Assembly (NCBI GenBank): GCA_049647585.1
Contig: JBARXY010000008.1
Span: 2,024-66,023 of the forward strand
DNA length: 64,000 nucleotides
Direction of reading: 5' to 3'
DNA from: Microthrixaceae bacterium
GTDB lineage: Bacteria; Actinomycetota; Acidimicrobiia; Acidimicrobiales; Microtrichaceae
The translations under genes and the position numbers were made by a program. The notes under the pieces were generated by a model. The model searched no databases, was not told the origin of the DNA, and worked only from the letters and a program-made list of their open reading frames with translations. Shown piece by piece: positions 15,333-25,210 of the stretch (position 1 is the first letter of the stretch; every line of letters starts with the position of its first letter).

Positions 15333-16133
15333 TTGTCACTGGGCACCTCTAGCCTAAAAGGCATGGATCTTCTGGATGAGGAGTCGCACCGACTCCTTCT
15401 ATGGGCAGTTCGACTCTTCGAAGTTGGAGTGACTCCCACTGGCGCCGAACTCACCCGACTGGCCGAGCCGCGTCGCCCGATTGCCGCCGAAATCACCTCC
15501 GCACTGGTTGGTCGGACCGTCGATTTCAGCGAAGGAAGCATCGAGTCGCTGCTCAGACGAGGGCTTGTCGAGGACTTCGGCGATGGCTTGATCGGACCAA
15601 CCGACATGGGTCGAGCCGTGGTCAACGCCTTGGGTATCCACCCCGAAGATGTCCCGTTGTTCGAAATTCTCGACGCCGACCTCCGCTCGAGTGATCCGCT
15701 CGTCTTCGCCCGGGTCGTCAGTCGAATCGCGTCTCTCGATCGCCCGATGATCGTCGACCCGTATTGCCGTCGCGCTCAGGTTGAGTATCTGGCACATCAC
15801 ACGAACGTCACACGTTTGTTGGTCAGCGACCGCCTGAACGCTTCAGAATTGGACGACATAGTCAGCTTCGTGTCGATGATCGCCGGACGGCGGAACAAGT
15901 TGAGGGTGCGCGTAGCTCCTTCCGCTGCCATCCACGACCGCCACGTCATCGACCGAGATCGTGTTCTCCAGATCGCGGGGCTTGTGCAGTCCGACGGTGT
16001 GGGAACAACAGTGATAACCGAGCCCTATGACCTGGGCACCGCTGTGCAGGCTTATTACAAGAGGGTCTGGAAGGACTCCGAGAAGCTCGTCGAGTACCGC
16101 CCCGGTTCGACTCCGTTGAAGCAATCTGCGTGA
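15333..16133 (+). CDS. hypothetical protein: N-terminal winged-helix-like region plus C-terminal PLD-fold-like domain with an HDR motif
   Basis: The C-terminal pattern is IVDPYC...LRVRVAPSAAIHDRHVIDRDRVLQIAG. This resembles the MIT_C-type phospholipase-D-like fold (DPY ... HDR.I). An alternative start is ATG 15363. Confidence 0.55.
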   Translation: MSLGTSSLKGMDLLDEESHRLLLWAVRLFEVGVTPTGAELTRLAEPRRPIAAEITSALVGRTVDFSEGSIESLLRRGLVEDFGDGLIGPTDMGRAVVNALGIHPEDVPLFEILDADLRSSDPLVFARVVSRIASLDRPMIVDPYCRRAQVEYLAHHTNVTRLLVSDRLNASELDDIVSFVSMIAGRRNKLRVRVAPSAAIHDRHVIDRDRVLQIAGLVQSDGVGTTVITEPYDLGTAVQAYYKRVWKDSEKLVEYRPGSTPLKQSA

Positions 16134-16174
16134 AGTAGTTCGCGCACACGCCGACGCGCCTAGCTTCTGCCCCC

Positions 16175-17497
16175 ATGCCCAGGCTGCCAGTCCACCCGGT
16201 CACACCGAGCACCTATCTATGGCGTCGTCTAGCCGCCGGTTCGGTGGTCGTCGTCGTGCTCGGTGTTCTCGTGATCGGCGCGGTCAAGTTGGTGGGGGCG
16301 CTCGGCAGTGGCGAAGCCGGCGAAGACGTCGCGTCCGGGCCCGGCGTACCATCTGGATCCCCGGGCGACATGGCCGACACCACAACAACGACCACAACGA
16401 CGACCACAACGACGACGGTGGAGATATCGGCGCCGGCCGTCGAGCCTGACCGGCCCCAGGGAGCTGAAGGGTCCTCCGGTGTCACCGGACTGGCCAGAAT
16501 TCAGGCGTTGGGTGGCTCGTCGATGTCGCCGAAGTCGGTGGTGGCCTCATCGGCCGGCGCGGTTTTCGCCCAGAACATGATGTATCGACACTCGATCAGC
16601 GTGTTCAACGCCGACGGTGCGCTCGTGAGGACGATCGACGACTCGGTCGATCTGGCGAAGTTCGGGGTCGACGGACATCCCGGTACATCGAAGGGCGCTC
16701 CGGTCGAGATGGCCTTCAGTCCCGACGCCAAGACTGCCTGGGTCTCCAACTACTCGATGTACGGAACCTCGTTCGGACCCGAAGGAAGCGACAGCTGCGT
16801 GCCCGGTGACGGCACCGACGAGAGCTTCCTGTACCGGATCGATGTGGCAACCCATGAGATCCGCAACGTCATCAAGGTCGGTGCGGTTCCGAAGTATGTC
16901 GCTGCCACTCCCGACGGGACCAAGGTCCTGGTGAGCAACTGGTGTACGTGGGACCTGTCGGTGATCGACACCGCCACCAACAGCGAGATCAAGCGGGTCA
17001 AGCTTGGCGGCAAGTACCCACGTGGAATAGTCGTCCCCGACGACAGTAAGAGCGCGTACGTCACCCTGATGGGGTCCGACCGCTTGGTCCGCGTCGACCT
17101 CGACACCTTTGAAGTAGCCCAGATGGGTTCGCCCGGCGACAGCCCTCGACACATCGTCATTTCTCCCGACAATAAGTCGCTGTATGTGACCAACAATCGC
17201 GACGGCAACGTCGTACGCATCGACACCGCCTCGGGCAAGGTCACAGGCTCGGTTTCGACCGGAGCGCAGCCTCGTTCCATGGCCATCTCGGCCGACGGCG
17301 AAGCGCTGTACGTCGTCAACTACGAATCCGCGTCGATGACCAAGGTGAGGACCTCGGACATGTCGGCGATGCAGACGGTCAAGACCGACAACCATCCGAT
17401 CGGCATCACCTATGAACCGACCCTTAAGCGCGTATGGGTTGCCTGCTACGGGGGAAGGGTGATCGTGTTCGACGACTCCCGAGCCCTTACGGACTAG
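16175..17497 (+). CDS. YVTN/YncE-type beta-propeller repeat protein, membrane anchored
   Basis: N-terminal TM helix, a run of 12 Thr, then repeated YVTNNRDGNVVRID, YVVNYESASMTKV, VSNWCTWDLSVID and AYVTLMGSDRLVRV blades. Confidence 0.8.
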   Translation: MPRLPVHPVTPSTYLWRRLAAGSVVVVVLGVLVIGAVKLVGALGSGEAGEDVASGPGVPSGSPGDMADTTTTTTTTTTTTTVEISAPAVEPDRPQGAEGSSGVTGLARIQALGGSSMSPKSVVASSAGAVFAQNMMYRHSISVFNADGALVRTIDDSVDLAKFGVDGHPGTSKGAPVEMAFSPDAKTAWVSNYSMYGTSFGPEGSDSCVPGDGTDESFLYRIDVATHEIRNVIKVGAVPKYVAATPDGTKVLVSNWCTWDLSVIDTATNSEIKRVKLGGKYPRGIVVPDDSKSAYVTLMGSDRLVRVDLDTFEVAQMGSPGDSPRHIVISPDNKSLYVTNNRDGNVVRIDTASGKVTGSVSTGAQPRSMAISADGEALYVVNYESASMTKVRTSDMSAMQTVKTDNHPIGITYEPTLKRVWVACYGGRVIVFDDSRALTD

Positions 17498-17552
17498 CCC
17501 TCAACGGAAGCGGGGAAGCGGTTCTGGATCTCCCGTAGGCTCCGCTCCGGAG

Positions 17553-18209
17553 GTGAGTGGGTTGAGTCGGGTGTGGATGGATCTAGAGGTAGGCGAAATT
17601 CTGCGTGGACTGCCTGATGTCTCGGTCATCAGCGGAGAACCCACCCAGTACCGGCATCGACAACGCCTGGAACTGGCGAAGTCTGCCAAGGAGCTCCGCT
17701 CGAGCGCCAGTGGATCATTGCGAACCGCTGTGAAGACAGGTGGGCTCTTCATGAGCTGGCAGTCAACGACGGTGGAGGTCCGAATTCCTGTCACATCTGA
17801 GGAAGGCGCGGCCATGGAGAGGCGGCGACGCCGAGGGCTGCTTGTCCTGCTGGGAAGCCCAATCGGAGTCGTAGTTGGGCTCATCGGTATATACGCATGG
17901 GCAACCTCAGCACCACAGAGCGTTGGGCCGTCGCTTGCTCTACTCGCGATACTCGGCTTCGGTCTGGTTGGAGCGGCGATCGGCTGTGTCCTCCGCATCT
18001 CTCGCGTCTTCCTGCTAACCCTGCGTCGCGGAAGGGTGAAGCTGCTGGCGCATCCGCGATTCGTCGAAGCCGTAGCCGAAAGGGCGGCAGGCCGAGGTGG
18101 GAGTGGTTCGGCGCTGCCGGTCTACCCTCCAATTCCGAACGGCTACGGCTGGGGCGGCCAAAATCTTCCTACCCCTCCGAACTCGGAGTTGCCAAAGTTC
18201 CGACCATGA
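17553..18209 (+). CDS. hypothetical membrane protein
   Basis: Two predicted TM helices (LLVLLGSPIGVVVGLIGIYAW, LALLAILGFGLVGAAIGCVL). The start is uncertain: TTG 17562 has better spacing from GGAGG. No family was recognised. Confidence 0.4.
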   Translation: MSGLSRVWMDLEVGEILRGLPDVSVISGEPTQYRHRQRLELAKSAKELRSSASGSLRTAVKTGGLFMSWQSTTVEVRIPVTSEEGAAMERRRRRGLLVLLGSPIGVVVGLIGIYAWATSAPQSVGPSLALLAILGFGLVGAAIGCVLRISRVFLLTLRRGRVKLLAHPRFVEAVAERAAGRGGSGSALPVYPPIPNGYGWGGQNLPTPPNSELPKFRP

Positions 18210-18222
18210 TGGGCCGTGATCT

Positions 18223-18879
18223 CTACTCGGGTGCTTGTCCGCCGAGACCGGCTGACCGCGCTCTGACAATCGCCTGGGCCCGGTCAGCAACCTGCAGTTT
18301 TGTGAACAGGTTGGATACGTGGTTGCGGACAGTCTTGGGTGAGACGTCGAGTAGCCGCGCTATCTCGGGATTGTTGCGGCCCTGTGCGACCAGTTCCAGA
18401 ACTTCGTGCTCGCGTGGGGTCAGTTCCGGGAAGGTGGTCACCGTCGGAGGAGCGGCGAAGAATCGCTGCATTCTCCGGGCTATCGCAGGGCCGAAGATCA
18501 CGGCACCGTTGACGACCGCGTGGATGGCGCTGACCACCTCGTTGGCGCCTGCCCCTTTGAGTAGATAGCCGCGGGCTCCAGCACGCATGGCCGAGAACAC
18601 GCTGTCCTCGTCGTCGAACATCGTCAAAACGAGAACCCCGATGTGAGGGCTGGCGGAGACGACCTGACGCGTCGCGTCGATGCCATTGAGGATGGGCATG
18701 TTCAGGTCCATCACAACCACGTCAGGTTGAAGGTCGGCTGCCATTCTCACGACATCCGGACCTTCGGCGGCTTCTCCCACGAGTTCGAGCGAGTCCTCCG
18801 TGGACAACACGGTGCGCATTCCGTCACGGAACATCGGATGATCATCGGCGATCAGAACTCGTATCGGCTCGTCACTCAC
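18223..18879 (-). CDS. NarL/FixJ (LuxR-type) response regulator
   Basis: Receiver domain IRVLIADDHPMFRDG...VVVMDLNMP, plus a C-terminal LuxR HTH (LTPREHEVLELVAQGRNNPEIARLL). The GTG start overlaps the kinase stop (GTGAGTGA). Confidence 0.9.
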   Translation of the reverse strand: MSDEPIRVLIADDHPMFRDGMRTVLSTEDSLELVGEAAEGPDVVRMAADLQPDVVVMDLNMPILNGIDATRQVVSASPHIGVLVLTMFDDEDSVFSAMRAGARGYLLKGAGANEVVSAIHAVVNGAVIFGPAIARRMQRFFAAPPTVTTFPELTPREHEVLELVAQGRNNPEIARLLDVSPKTVRNHVSNLFTKLQVADRAQAIVRARSAGLGGQAPE

Positions 18880-20962
18880 TGAAAGCTCCCGGAAGAACGC
18901 TCGTGGCCAGTTCCTCGGTTGCCAGCAGCAACGGGGTGGCAACCACGGGAAGGCAGGCGGTCACCCGGGTGCCACCAAGTGGAGATGGACCTATCAGTAG
19001 GGTGCCTCCGAGCTCGGATGCCCGTTCCATCATCGAAAGGGTGCCAACTCCTCGACTCAGATTCTCGGGCATGCCGACACCATCGTCATCGATGGTGATT
19101 GTCAGCCCTTCATCGAGCATCACGCCCACCCGGCACTGGGTCGCGCAGCTGTGCCTGGCGACGTTGGCGAGCGCCTCGCACACGATTCTGTATGCGGCCA
19201 CCTCGACCGCCGCTGGAAGTTCACCCACCACTCGAGGTGCATGCATCTCGACCAACAGCATCTGCCCGTCCTCGAGTGGGCCTGAAAAGGAGCGGGCCTG
19301 CTCCGAGATGGACTCCAACAGCCCGATCTCATCGAGCTTGGGCGGCTGCAGGTCATAGACCAAGTGACGTATGTCTGCGATCGTGGAACGTATGTCGGCA
19401 CCGAGTTGATCGATCACGGACTTGGCGGCATCGGGGTTGGTGTCCAGAAGCATCGCCGCGCTGTCGAGTTTCATTCGCACGGCCGCCAGCGCCGGTCCGA
19501 GTCCATCGTGGAGGTTGCGCCTAATCTTCCTGCGCTCCGCCTCGCGTGCGGTGACGAGGTCACGGCGGGAACGTTGGAGTTCATCGGTGACCGACACGGC
19601 ATGGACCACCGCGGCAACCGGACGGGCCAGGTCGGAGAGGATCCGCATTTCGGACGCCCGGATTCTGGAACCCGGTCGTGGTGCCACTATGAGCTCTCCA
19701 ACCTGGGTGTCCCTAAACATAAGAGCAGTAGCGCTCGTTGGAGCATCGGAGTCGCCCACACTTGCGACCTCGCCGGTGCCGGGTACAACCAACGAAACCC
19801 TTCCGAGGCGCAACGACTGGGCCACAGCGTCGACAACCTCATCGAGGACCGAGTCCGCGGGAACCGGTTGGTCCAGGCGTTCACCGAGCTTCGACAGTGC
19901 TCTGTATGGATCACCCCTATCGCCGTAGAAGATCCGCTCCACGCCGCGCTGAACCCGGTCCCGGAGGAGGGCGAATACCGCAGCGCCGAGCGCCGCTGCG
20001 ATGAGCGACGGTCCGAGCTGCAGTTGCTCATCCGCTATCTGGCCGAATGCGCCGACGACAGCGACGTAGACAGCTGTGACCAGGACGATCAGGACCCCGT
20101 AGATCAGCGACATGCGGATCAGGAGGTCCAAGTCCCAGAGCCGGTAGCGCAGTACTGCCACGGCAATGGATATCAGGAACACCGCCAATGCAAGCGGTTG
20201 GGTCCACACGAAGAAGACGTCGCTACCCCGCCATGGAAGCACCTCGAGCACCGTTTCCGCGGCAAGGACCGATGCACCGAAGAACACCCATCGGAGCTGC
20301 TGGCGGGTCACAGAATCCGCGCGCCTGGTCTTCACGGCCAGGGAGACGAGTGCCGCAGCGATGGTCAGCACAAAGCCGATCCGACCGATTGTTCCCAGGA
20401 CCGCCAGACCGCTCCAACGGATTCCAAGGGGGTTTGTGAGCGTGGGGAGGTCCTCGGTGAAGGCGCCCCAGGTGAACATGCCTTCTGCAACCCCCATCAG
20501 CATGCATCCGAAGAGCCCCCAGACGACGGCGCGCCATCTGCGACTTGGGAGCGATCCATTGGGGAAGAGCGTCAGCGTCAAAGGGAGTGTTGCGAGAGCA
20601 ATGATGTTTGGCCAGCTTCCAAACCATGCCGCGAGGGTTGCGCCGGGAAGCGAGGGGTGCCTAACGGTCACGAACACCGCCCATTCGCGGCCCACGGCCA
20701 TGACTCCGTTTGCCAGCCCCGCCGTGACCATCAGCCAGCCGATCGGGTTGCGTGGCACTTTGTGCGCAAGTACCGATCCGACGCCCCCCAACCCGAGCGC
20801 CATGGCCAGATTCGCTGGCCAGCCGGTGTCGACGCCGGTATTGCCGGCCGCTAGGTGCAGCCCAGTCATAGCTACGACGCAGAGGACCACGACTCCGCTG
20901 ACAACTACGTCCCAGGGGAACCGATCTGGCGGAACTCCCACAGATTCGTCAACCACATCCAT
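18872..20962 (-). CDS. sensor histidine kinase (HisKA_3 / NarX-type), polytopic membrane N-terminus
   Basis: The H-box is RRKIRRNLHDGLGPALAAV. HATPase motifs are ANVARHS and DDGVGM. The N-terminal half has many TM helices. ATG 20962 is preceded by GAGGAGAG. Confidence 0.9.
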   Translation of the reverse strand: MDVVDESVGVPPDRFPWDVVVSGVVVLCVVAMTGLHLAAGNTGVDTGWPANLAMALGLGGVGSVLAHKVPRNPIGWLMVTAGLANGVMAVGREWAVFVTVRHPSLPGATLAAWFGSWPNIIALATLPLTLTLFPNGSLPSRRWRAVVWGLFGCMLMGVAEGMFTWGAFTEDLPTLTNPLGIRWSGLAVLGTIGRIGFVLTIAAALVSLAVKTRRADSVTRQQLRWVFFGASVLAAETVLEVLPWRGSDVFFVWTQPLALAVFLISIAVAVLRYRLWDLDLLIRMSLIYGVLIVLVTAVYVAVVGAFGQIADEQLQLGPSLIAAALGAAVFALLRDRVQRGVERIFYGDRGDPYRALSKLGERLDQPVPADSVLDEVVDAVAQSLRLGRVSLVVPGTGEVASVGDSDAPTSATALMFRDTQVGELIVAPRPGSRIRASEMRILSDLARPVAAVVHAVSVTDELQRSRRDLVTAREAERRKIRRNLHDGLGPALAAVRMKLDSAAMLLDTNPDAAKSVIDQLGADIRSTIADIRHLVYDLQPPKLDEIGLLESISEQARSFSGPLEDGQMLLVEMHAPRVVGELPAAVEVAAYRIVCEALANVARHSCATQCRVGVMLDEGLTITIDDDGVGMPENLSRGVGTLSMMERASELGGTLLIGPSPLGGTRVTACLPVVATPLLLATEELATSVLPGAFSE

Positions 20963-21052
20963 AGGACTCTCCTCGGACCCTTCGACCTCGCAGCTTTGAC
21001 CTTCTCGATACTGACCCTCACGGGTCCGACCGACCGAGCCCGGCCGCTTTAA

Positions 21053-21194
21053 GCGAGTGTCGCGCACAGTTGGGGGCTACGGAACCACGAACCCTCGTTC
21101 TGGCTGTCGCCGGAATACCTATGGGTATCTGAACGACGGCCAGAACGTGGGCAGGGGGCGAGTGTCGCGCACAGTTGGGGCTACGGAACCACGA
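21053..21194. repeat. composite intergenic repeat: two 37/38-bp direct repeats flanking copy B of the 41-bp palindromic element
   Basis: GCGAGTGTCGCGCACAGTTGGGG(G)CTACGGAACCACGA occurs at 21053-21090 and at 21158-21194. Between them lies GTTCTGGCTGTCGCCGGAATACCTATGGGTATCTGAACGAC (21097-21137), which matches copy A at 34 of 41 positions. Confidence 0.85.
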
Positions 21195-21218
21195 CTTGGC
21201 CTCCGTAGCCCCCAACTG
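21172..21218 (-). terminator. stem-loop 15 nt downstream of the cupredoxin lipoprotein gene
   Basis: CAGTTGGGGCTACGGA (21172-21187) pairs with TCCGTAGCCCCCAACTG (21202-21218) around a 14-nt loop. There is no U-tract, so terminator function is inferred from position only. Confidence 0.4.
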
Positions 21219-21232
21219 GGCCTATTGCGGGA

Positions 21233-22234
21233 TCAGCTAACGGTGAACTCGCCGATCTGGGCCGGAGGTCCGGTCTGGGCGTCACCGACTGACAGGTAGC
21301 CGTAATGTCCGGCGGGCAGGTCCAGGACCAGCCAAGCTGACTGTCCGGCGGACAGCCCGTCGACTCCGCCCATCATCACTCCGCCCTTGGCGTTGTCGAC
21401 GGACTTGTTGGTGTTCATGGCTTCACCGACAGCGCCGAAGTAGCTCTCGAGGGTGGTGCCGGGATCGAGCTTGACGAGTTGGAGGTCGTGGGGCTTGGTG
21501 CCGGTGTTCGTCACTTCGAACGTGCCCTTGCCGTTGAACCCGTCGGGCATCGTGAAGGCCTTGTCGTCGACCGAGATGGTTCCATCGCTCTTGGGGGCGT
21601 CGGTGGCCGGATCCCCCTTGACGGTGAACTCGTTGACCATGCCCATCTGGAAGTGCGGCGTGCCGTCCTCGGCGACGAAGAAGCAGAGGATTGCGTAGTT
21701 GCCAGCCTTTAGGTCCTTGGCGATCACGGTGGACTGTTGGCCTGGACCGACCGGAGAAGGGGTCCCGTACTCAGCGTCGGGCCCGTCGGCCATCAAAGCT
21801 GTGGCGGCCTCTTCGGAGGACCCTGCAGCAGAGCGGATCTGGTCGAGGGTGACTCCGTCCTTGACACGTGTGACGGCCAGCATGTGCGAGACATCGTCGG
21901 TGTTCTTGAAGGTGATGGCGCCATTGCCCGGGCGGAGCTCACCCGATACCTCGAAGGACATCCCGGGTGTATTGATCGTTATGGCATTGTCGATCGGAGA
22001 GTCACCGACATTCTGGACCTGAGCCGTAGTGGCGGTCTTCTTCGCTGTCGTTGAACTCGACTCTGCCGCCCCGCCATCGGAGCTGCACGACGCGGCACCC
22101 ATTATCAGGAAGGCACTCGCCGCGATGGCTGCCCAGCGCAGCCCGGTGGCTCTGGTCCTTCGGTGGATGGGGACTGTCCCTGACGAACGGCTCATCATGT
22201 TCTCCTTCGATGACGGATTACGTCCTGTCATCAT
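21233..22234 (-). CDS. secreted lipoprotein with cupredoxin-like domains
   Basis: The lipobox is FLIMGAASCSS. Domain 1 has a type-1 copper-like ligand pattern (DDVSHML ... AILCFFVAEDGTPHFQMGM). Domain 2 (TKPHDLQLV ... GHYGYLSVG) lacks the Cys. Confidence 0.7.
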   Translation of the reverse strand: MMTGRNPSSKENMMSRSSGTVPIHRRTRATGLRWAAIAASAFLIMGAASCSSDGGAAESSSTTAKKTATTAQVQNVGDSPIDNAITINTPGMSFEVSGELRPGNGAITFKNTDDVSHMLAVTRVKDGVTLDQIRSAAGSSEEAATALMADGPDAEYGTPSPVGPGQQSTVIAKDLKAGNYAILCFFVAEDGTPHFQMGMVNEFTVKGDPATDAPKSDGTISVDDKAFTMPDGFNGKGTFEVTNTGTKPHDLQLVKLDPGTTLESYFGAVGEAMNTNKSVDNAKGGVMMGGVDGLSAGQSAWLVLDLPAGHYGYLSVGDAQTGPPAQIGEFTVS

Positions 22235-22310
22235 CAGTGAACGCTGGTCCCGTCGACATCGGCCCGGTGTCCCGGGTACCCGGGAAATCTGTCCCGGGAC
22301 TCCTGGGCGG

Positions 22311-22387
22311 GTGACTGTCTGGCGGGCGACTGGCCGGCGGTGACTGTCTGGCGGGCGACTGGCCGGCGGGCGGGCGACTGGCCGGTG
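22311..22387. repeat. 29-bp tandem repeat (2.6 units)
   Basis: GTGACTGTCTGGCGGGCGACTGGCCGGCG occurs at 22311-22339 and at 22340-22368, followed by a partial unit to 22387. It lies between the rnpB 3' end and the lipoprotein gene start. Confidence 0.85.
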
Positions 22388-22454
22388 CCAGACCTCGGGC
22401 CTTCATAGGTATTTCCCGGTCGAGTGGCGGGATCAGAAGGCGTCGGAGGGAACT

Positions 22455-22845
<391 letters not shown>

Positions 22846-22861
22846 TAATCCTCGCACAATC

Positions 22862-23000
22862 CGACCTGCCCAGTCAGGTGAGGGGCACCGTCAGGCGATG
22901 GCACAGTCAGGTGGGGGCCCAAGCCAAGTGACCTGCCCAGCCAGGTGAGGGCCCGAGCCAAGTGACGTGCCCAGTCAGGTGAGGGCACAGTCAGGTGAGG
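22862..23000. repeat. degenerate tandem repeats upstream of rnpB
   Basis: There are five copies of CAGYCAGGTGRGG (22871, 22905, 22938, 22972, 22988). They include a 34-bp tandem pair, GCCCAAGCCAAGTGACCTGCCCAGCCAGGTGAGG / GCCCGAGCCAAGTGACGTGCCCAGTCAGGTGAGG. Confidence 0.8.
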
Positions 23001-23301
23001 TTCCCGCCGCCCTGGTGCGGCTCAGCCGACCAGGTCGCCTGGTGGCCTACTCAGACCGCTACGGCGAGACCGATCCGGTAGGTCGAAGTCTGAGGGTCGA
23101 ACTCGATCTGAACCCGTGGCTCGGTGAGAATCGCGGCTGTGGGCTCCGGACCGAGCACGACCGGCTCGTTGTCGCTCGATTGTGAACCGCTGGTGATACG
23201 GACTTCGTTCGACGTTGCCATGCATCTGTATACGGACGGTCCAACCTGAAACTGGAGTGCATTGGTTCCATCGCACCAGAGCAATGAACCGTTGGGACTA
23301 C

Positions 23302-24744
23302 TCAGAAATCGAGGGCCGAAAGTTCGGGATACCAGCCCCTGGACCGCTCGACCGCTGTGTTCCACCTGTCGCGTTCACCGGCGGTTAAGGGGTCGACGAT
23401 CTGAGCCGGATTCCAGCTGTCACCGATCTCGTCCCAGGACTTCCAGGTTCCGACGGCGAGTCCGGCCAGAAAGCCTGCGCCCAGGGCGGTTGCCTCGGTC
23501 ACCGGCGAGACTTCGATGGTCCGTTGGGTGGCATCGGCCAGAGCCTGCACGAAGACGGAGTTTCGTGACATCCCGCCGTCGATCCGGATCGATCCGAGGG
23601 TCATGTCGCAGTCCTTCTCGGCCGCTTCGACCAGATCGGCGCCGCGGTTGGCGACCCCTTCGAGCACCGCCCTCACGATGTGGGGCGCCTGGGTCCCGCG
23701 GGTGATTCCCAGGAGCGTCCCTCGTGCTCCGTAGTCCCAGTACGGCGTACCCAGGCCCAGGAGCGCCGGGACGTACACGACGCCGTCTGTGGACTCAACG
23801 CTTGCGGCGATCGCCTCTGACGACTCCGCATCATGGATCAGTCCTAGGTCGTCGCGGAGCCATTCGACGTTGGTCCCGGCGGACAGCATGATTGCCTCGA
23901 CACCCCAGGTGAGTTCGTCGCCGTCGCGCCAGCACACCAGAGGGAACGTTCCACCCGCGCCCCTGGTATCGAACCTGGGTCGCTCCCGGCCCGTGCAGAC
24001 ATCGAGCATCCCACCGGTCCCGAAGGTGATTTTGGCCATTCCGGGGCGTATACAGCCCTGTCCGATCAACGACGCCTGCTGGTCGCCGGCCAGGCCACAG
24101 ATTGGCGGTGACCCCTCCAGGGCGGTGGCTTCGCCGACACTCCCGGTTGATGGGACTACGCGGGGAATCATCGACTCGGGAATGCGCAGACGCTCCATAA
24201 CCTTGCGGTCGAGTCCCGCTCCGTCGCTGGCAAGCAGTCCCCAGACCCCTGCGTTGGAATGGTCCGAGACGTGGACTGCGCCGTCGGTCAGTTTCCAGAT
24301 GAGCCACGAATCAGGGGTACCGAAACACAGGTCGCGCTGGCGCTCGGGGTCCACTGAATCGAGGATGTTCGCCAGCTTGGTCGCGGACTGGTTGGGGGCC
24401 AGGTGGAACCCCTCGGCATTGAGGGTCAAGCAATCGCCAAGGGTTCGTAGGTCCTGCCAGCCTTGGGCCGGTGCGACCGGAACGCCGGTGGCGCGGTCCC
24501 AGACGATCGTGCTCGTGCGCTGGTTGCTGATTCCGACGGCGTCCACCGGGCCATTGGCTGCGAGAACTTCCCGGGCGCAGTCGAGTGCCTGTTGTGCATA
24601 GTGCTCCGCATCGAACTCGACGAGTCCAGCGACCGGAGTATCGGGAAGCGTGACGCGGCGGACCTCATGGGCAAGAGTTCCGTCGGCACGTAACACGGCT
24701 GCCCGGACGCCGCTGGTCCCTACATCTATGACGAGGATGCTCAT
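23302..24744 (-). CDS. FGGY-family carbohydrate kinase (glycerol kinase-like paralogue)
   Basis: Motifs: MSILVIDVGTSGVRAAV, GISNQRTSTIVWD, FGTGGM, DGGMSRN. ATG 24744 is preceded by GGAGAG. It is less similar to canonical GlpK than the gene at 41889-43448. Confidence 0.85.
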   Translation of the reverse strand: MSILVIDVGTSGVRAAVLRADGTLAHEVRRVTLPDTPVAGLVEFDAEHYAQQALDCAREVLAANGPVDAVGISNQRTSTIVWDRATGVPVAPAQGWQDLRTLGDCLTLNAEGFHLAPNQSATKLANILDSVDPERQRDLCFGTPDSWLIWKLTDGAVHVSDHSNAGVWGLLASDGAGLDRKVMERLRIPESMIPRVVPSTGSVGEATALEGSPPICGLAGDQQASLIGQGCIRPGMAKITFGTGGMLDVCTGRERPRFDTRGAGGTFPLVCWRDGDELTWGVEAIMLSAGTNVEWLRDDLGLIHDAESSEAIAASVESTDGVVYVPALLGLGTPYWDYGARGTLLGITRGTQAPHIVRAVLEGVANRGADLVEAAEKDCDMTLGSIRIDGGMSRNSVFVQALADATQRTIEVSPVTEATALGAGFLAGLAVGTWKSWDEIGDSWNPAQIVDPLTAGERDRWNTAVERSRGWYPELSALDF

Positions 24745-24760
24745 TCTCTCTCCAGGTGTT

Positions 24761-25210
24761 TCATGGCTGGGGACCGTTCTGGCTGAGCCAACGCCGAGCG
24801 AACGCGCCGCCGAGCATTCCACAGGTTCCCATCAGCAGCGCCAGAAAGGGGTAGGCGACCCAACTTATGTGCTCGCCTTCGATGAGTCGCTTGATGACCC
24901 CGAAGGACTGGGTGAGCGCATAGGCAACCGCCGCCGCACCCGCTGCGTGGGCCAGCTTGGCTCGTGGTGCGAGTCGAATTACCGCCCAACCCCCGGCTCC
25001 GCCTCCCAGCAGGATGAGCAGCCAGAAGATCATCGCCAGGGGAGAGCTGGCCTCGATCTCGCCGCTGTCTACCAGCAACTGGTTGAGAATTCCCGCTGGG
25101 AGAGTGACCACGAGGGTCGTAACGACGCCTCTCCAGAAGGCCTGACCCGGTTCGAGTTCGGGAAGCATGTTGCCTGTGGGGCCGGGAGCCGACCCCCTGT
25201 TGGAACTCAA
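24761..25210 (-). CDS. small integral membrane protein
   Basis: Four predicted TM helices. The start overlaps the stop of the upstream FAD oxidase gene by 4 nt. Confidence 0.6.
   Translation of the reverse strand: MSSNRGSAPGPTGNMLPELEPGQAFWRGVVTTLVVTLPAGILNQLLVDSGEIEASSPLAMIFWLLILLGGGAGGWAVIRLAPRAKLAHAAGAAAVAYALTQSFGVIKRLIEGEHISWVAYPFLALLMGTCGMLGGAFARRWLSQNGPQP

Noticed and set aside
16547-17395. 282-aa and 189-aa minus-strand ORFs
   Set aside because: They lie antisense to the YVTN beta-propeller gene, whose repeats are clear on the plus strand.
19364-20854. 496-aa plus-strand ORF
   Set aside because: It lies antisense to the histidine kinase gene, which has clear H-box and HATPase motifs. 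The product is Arg/Asp/His-rich junk.
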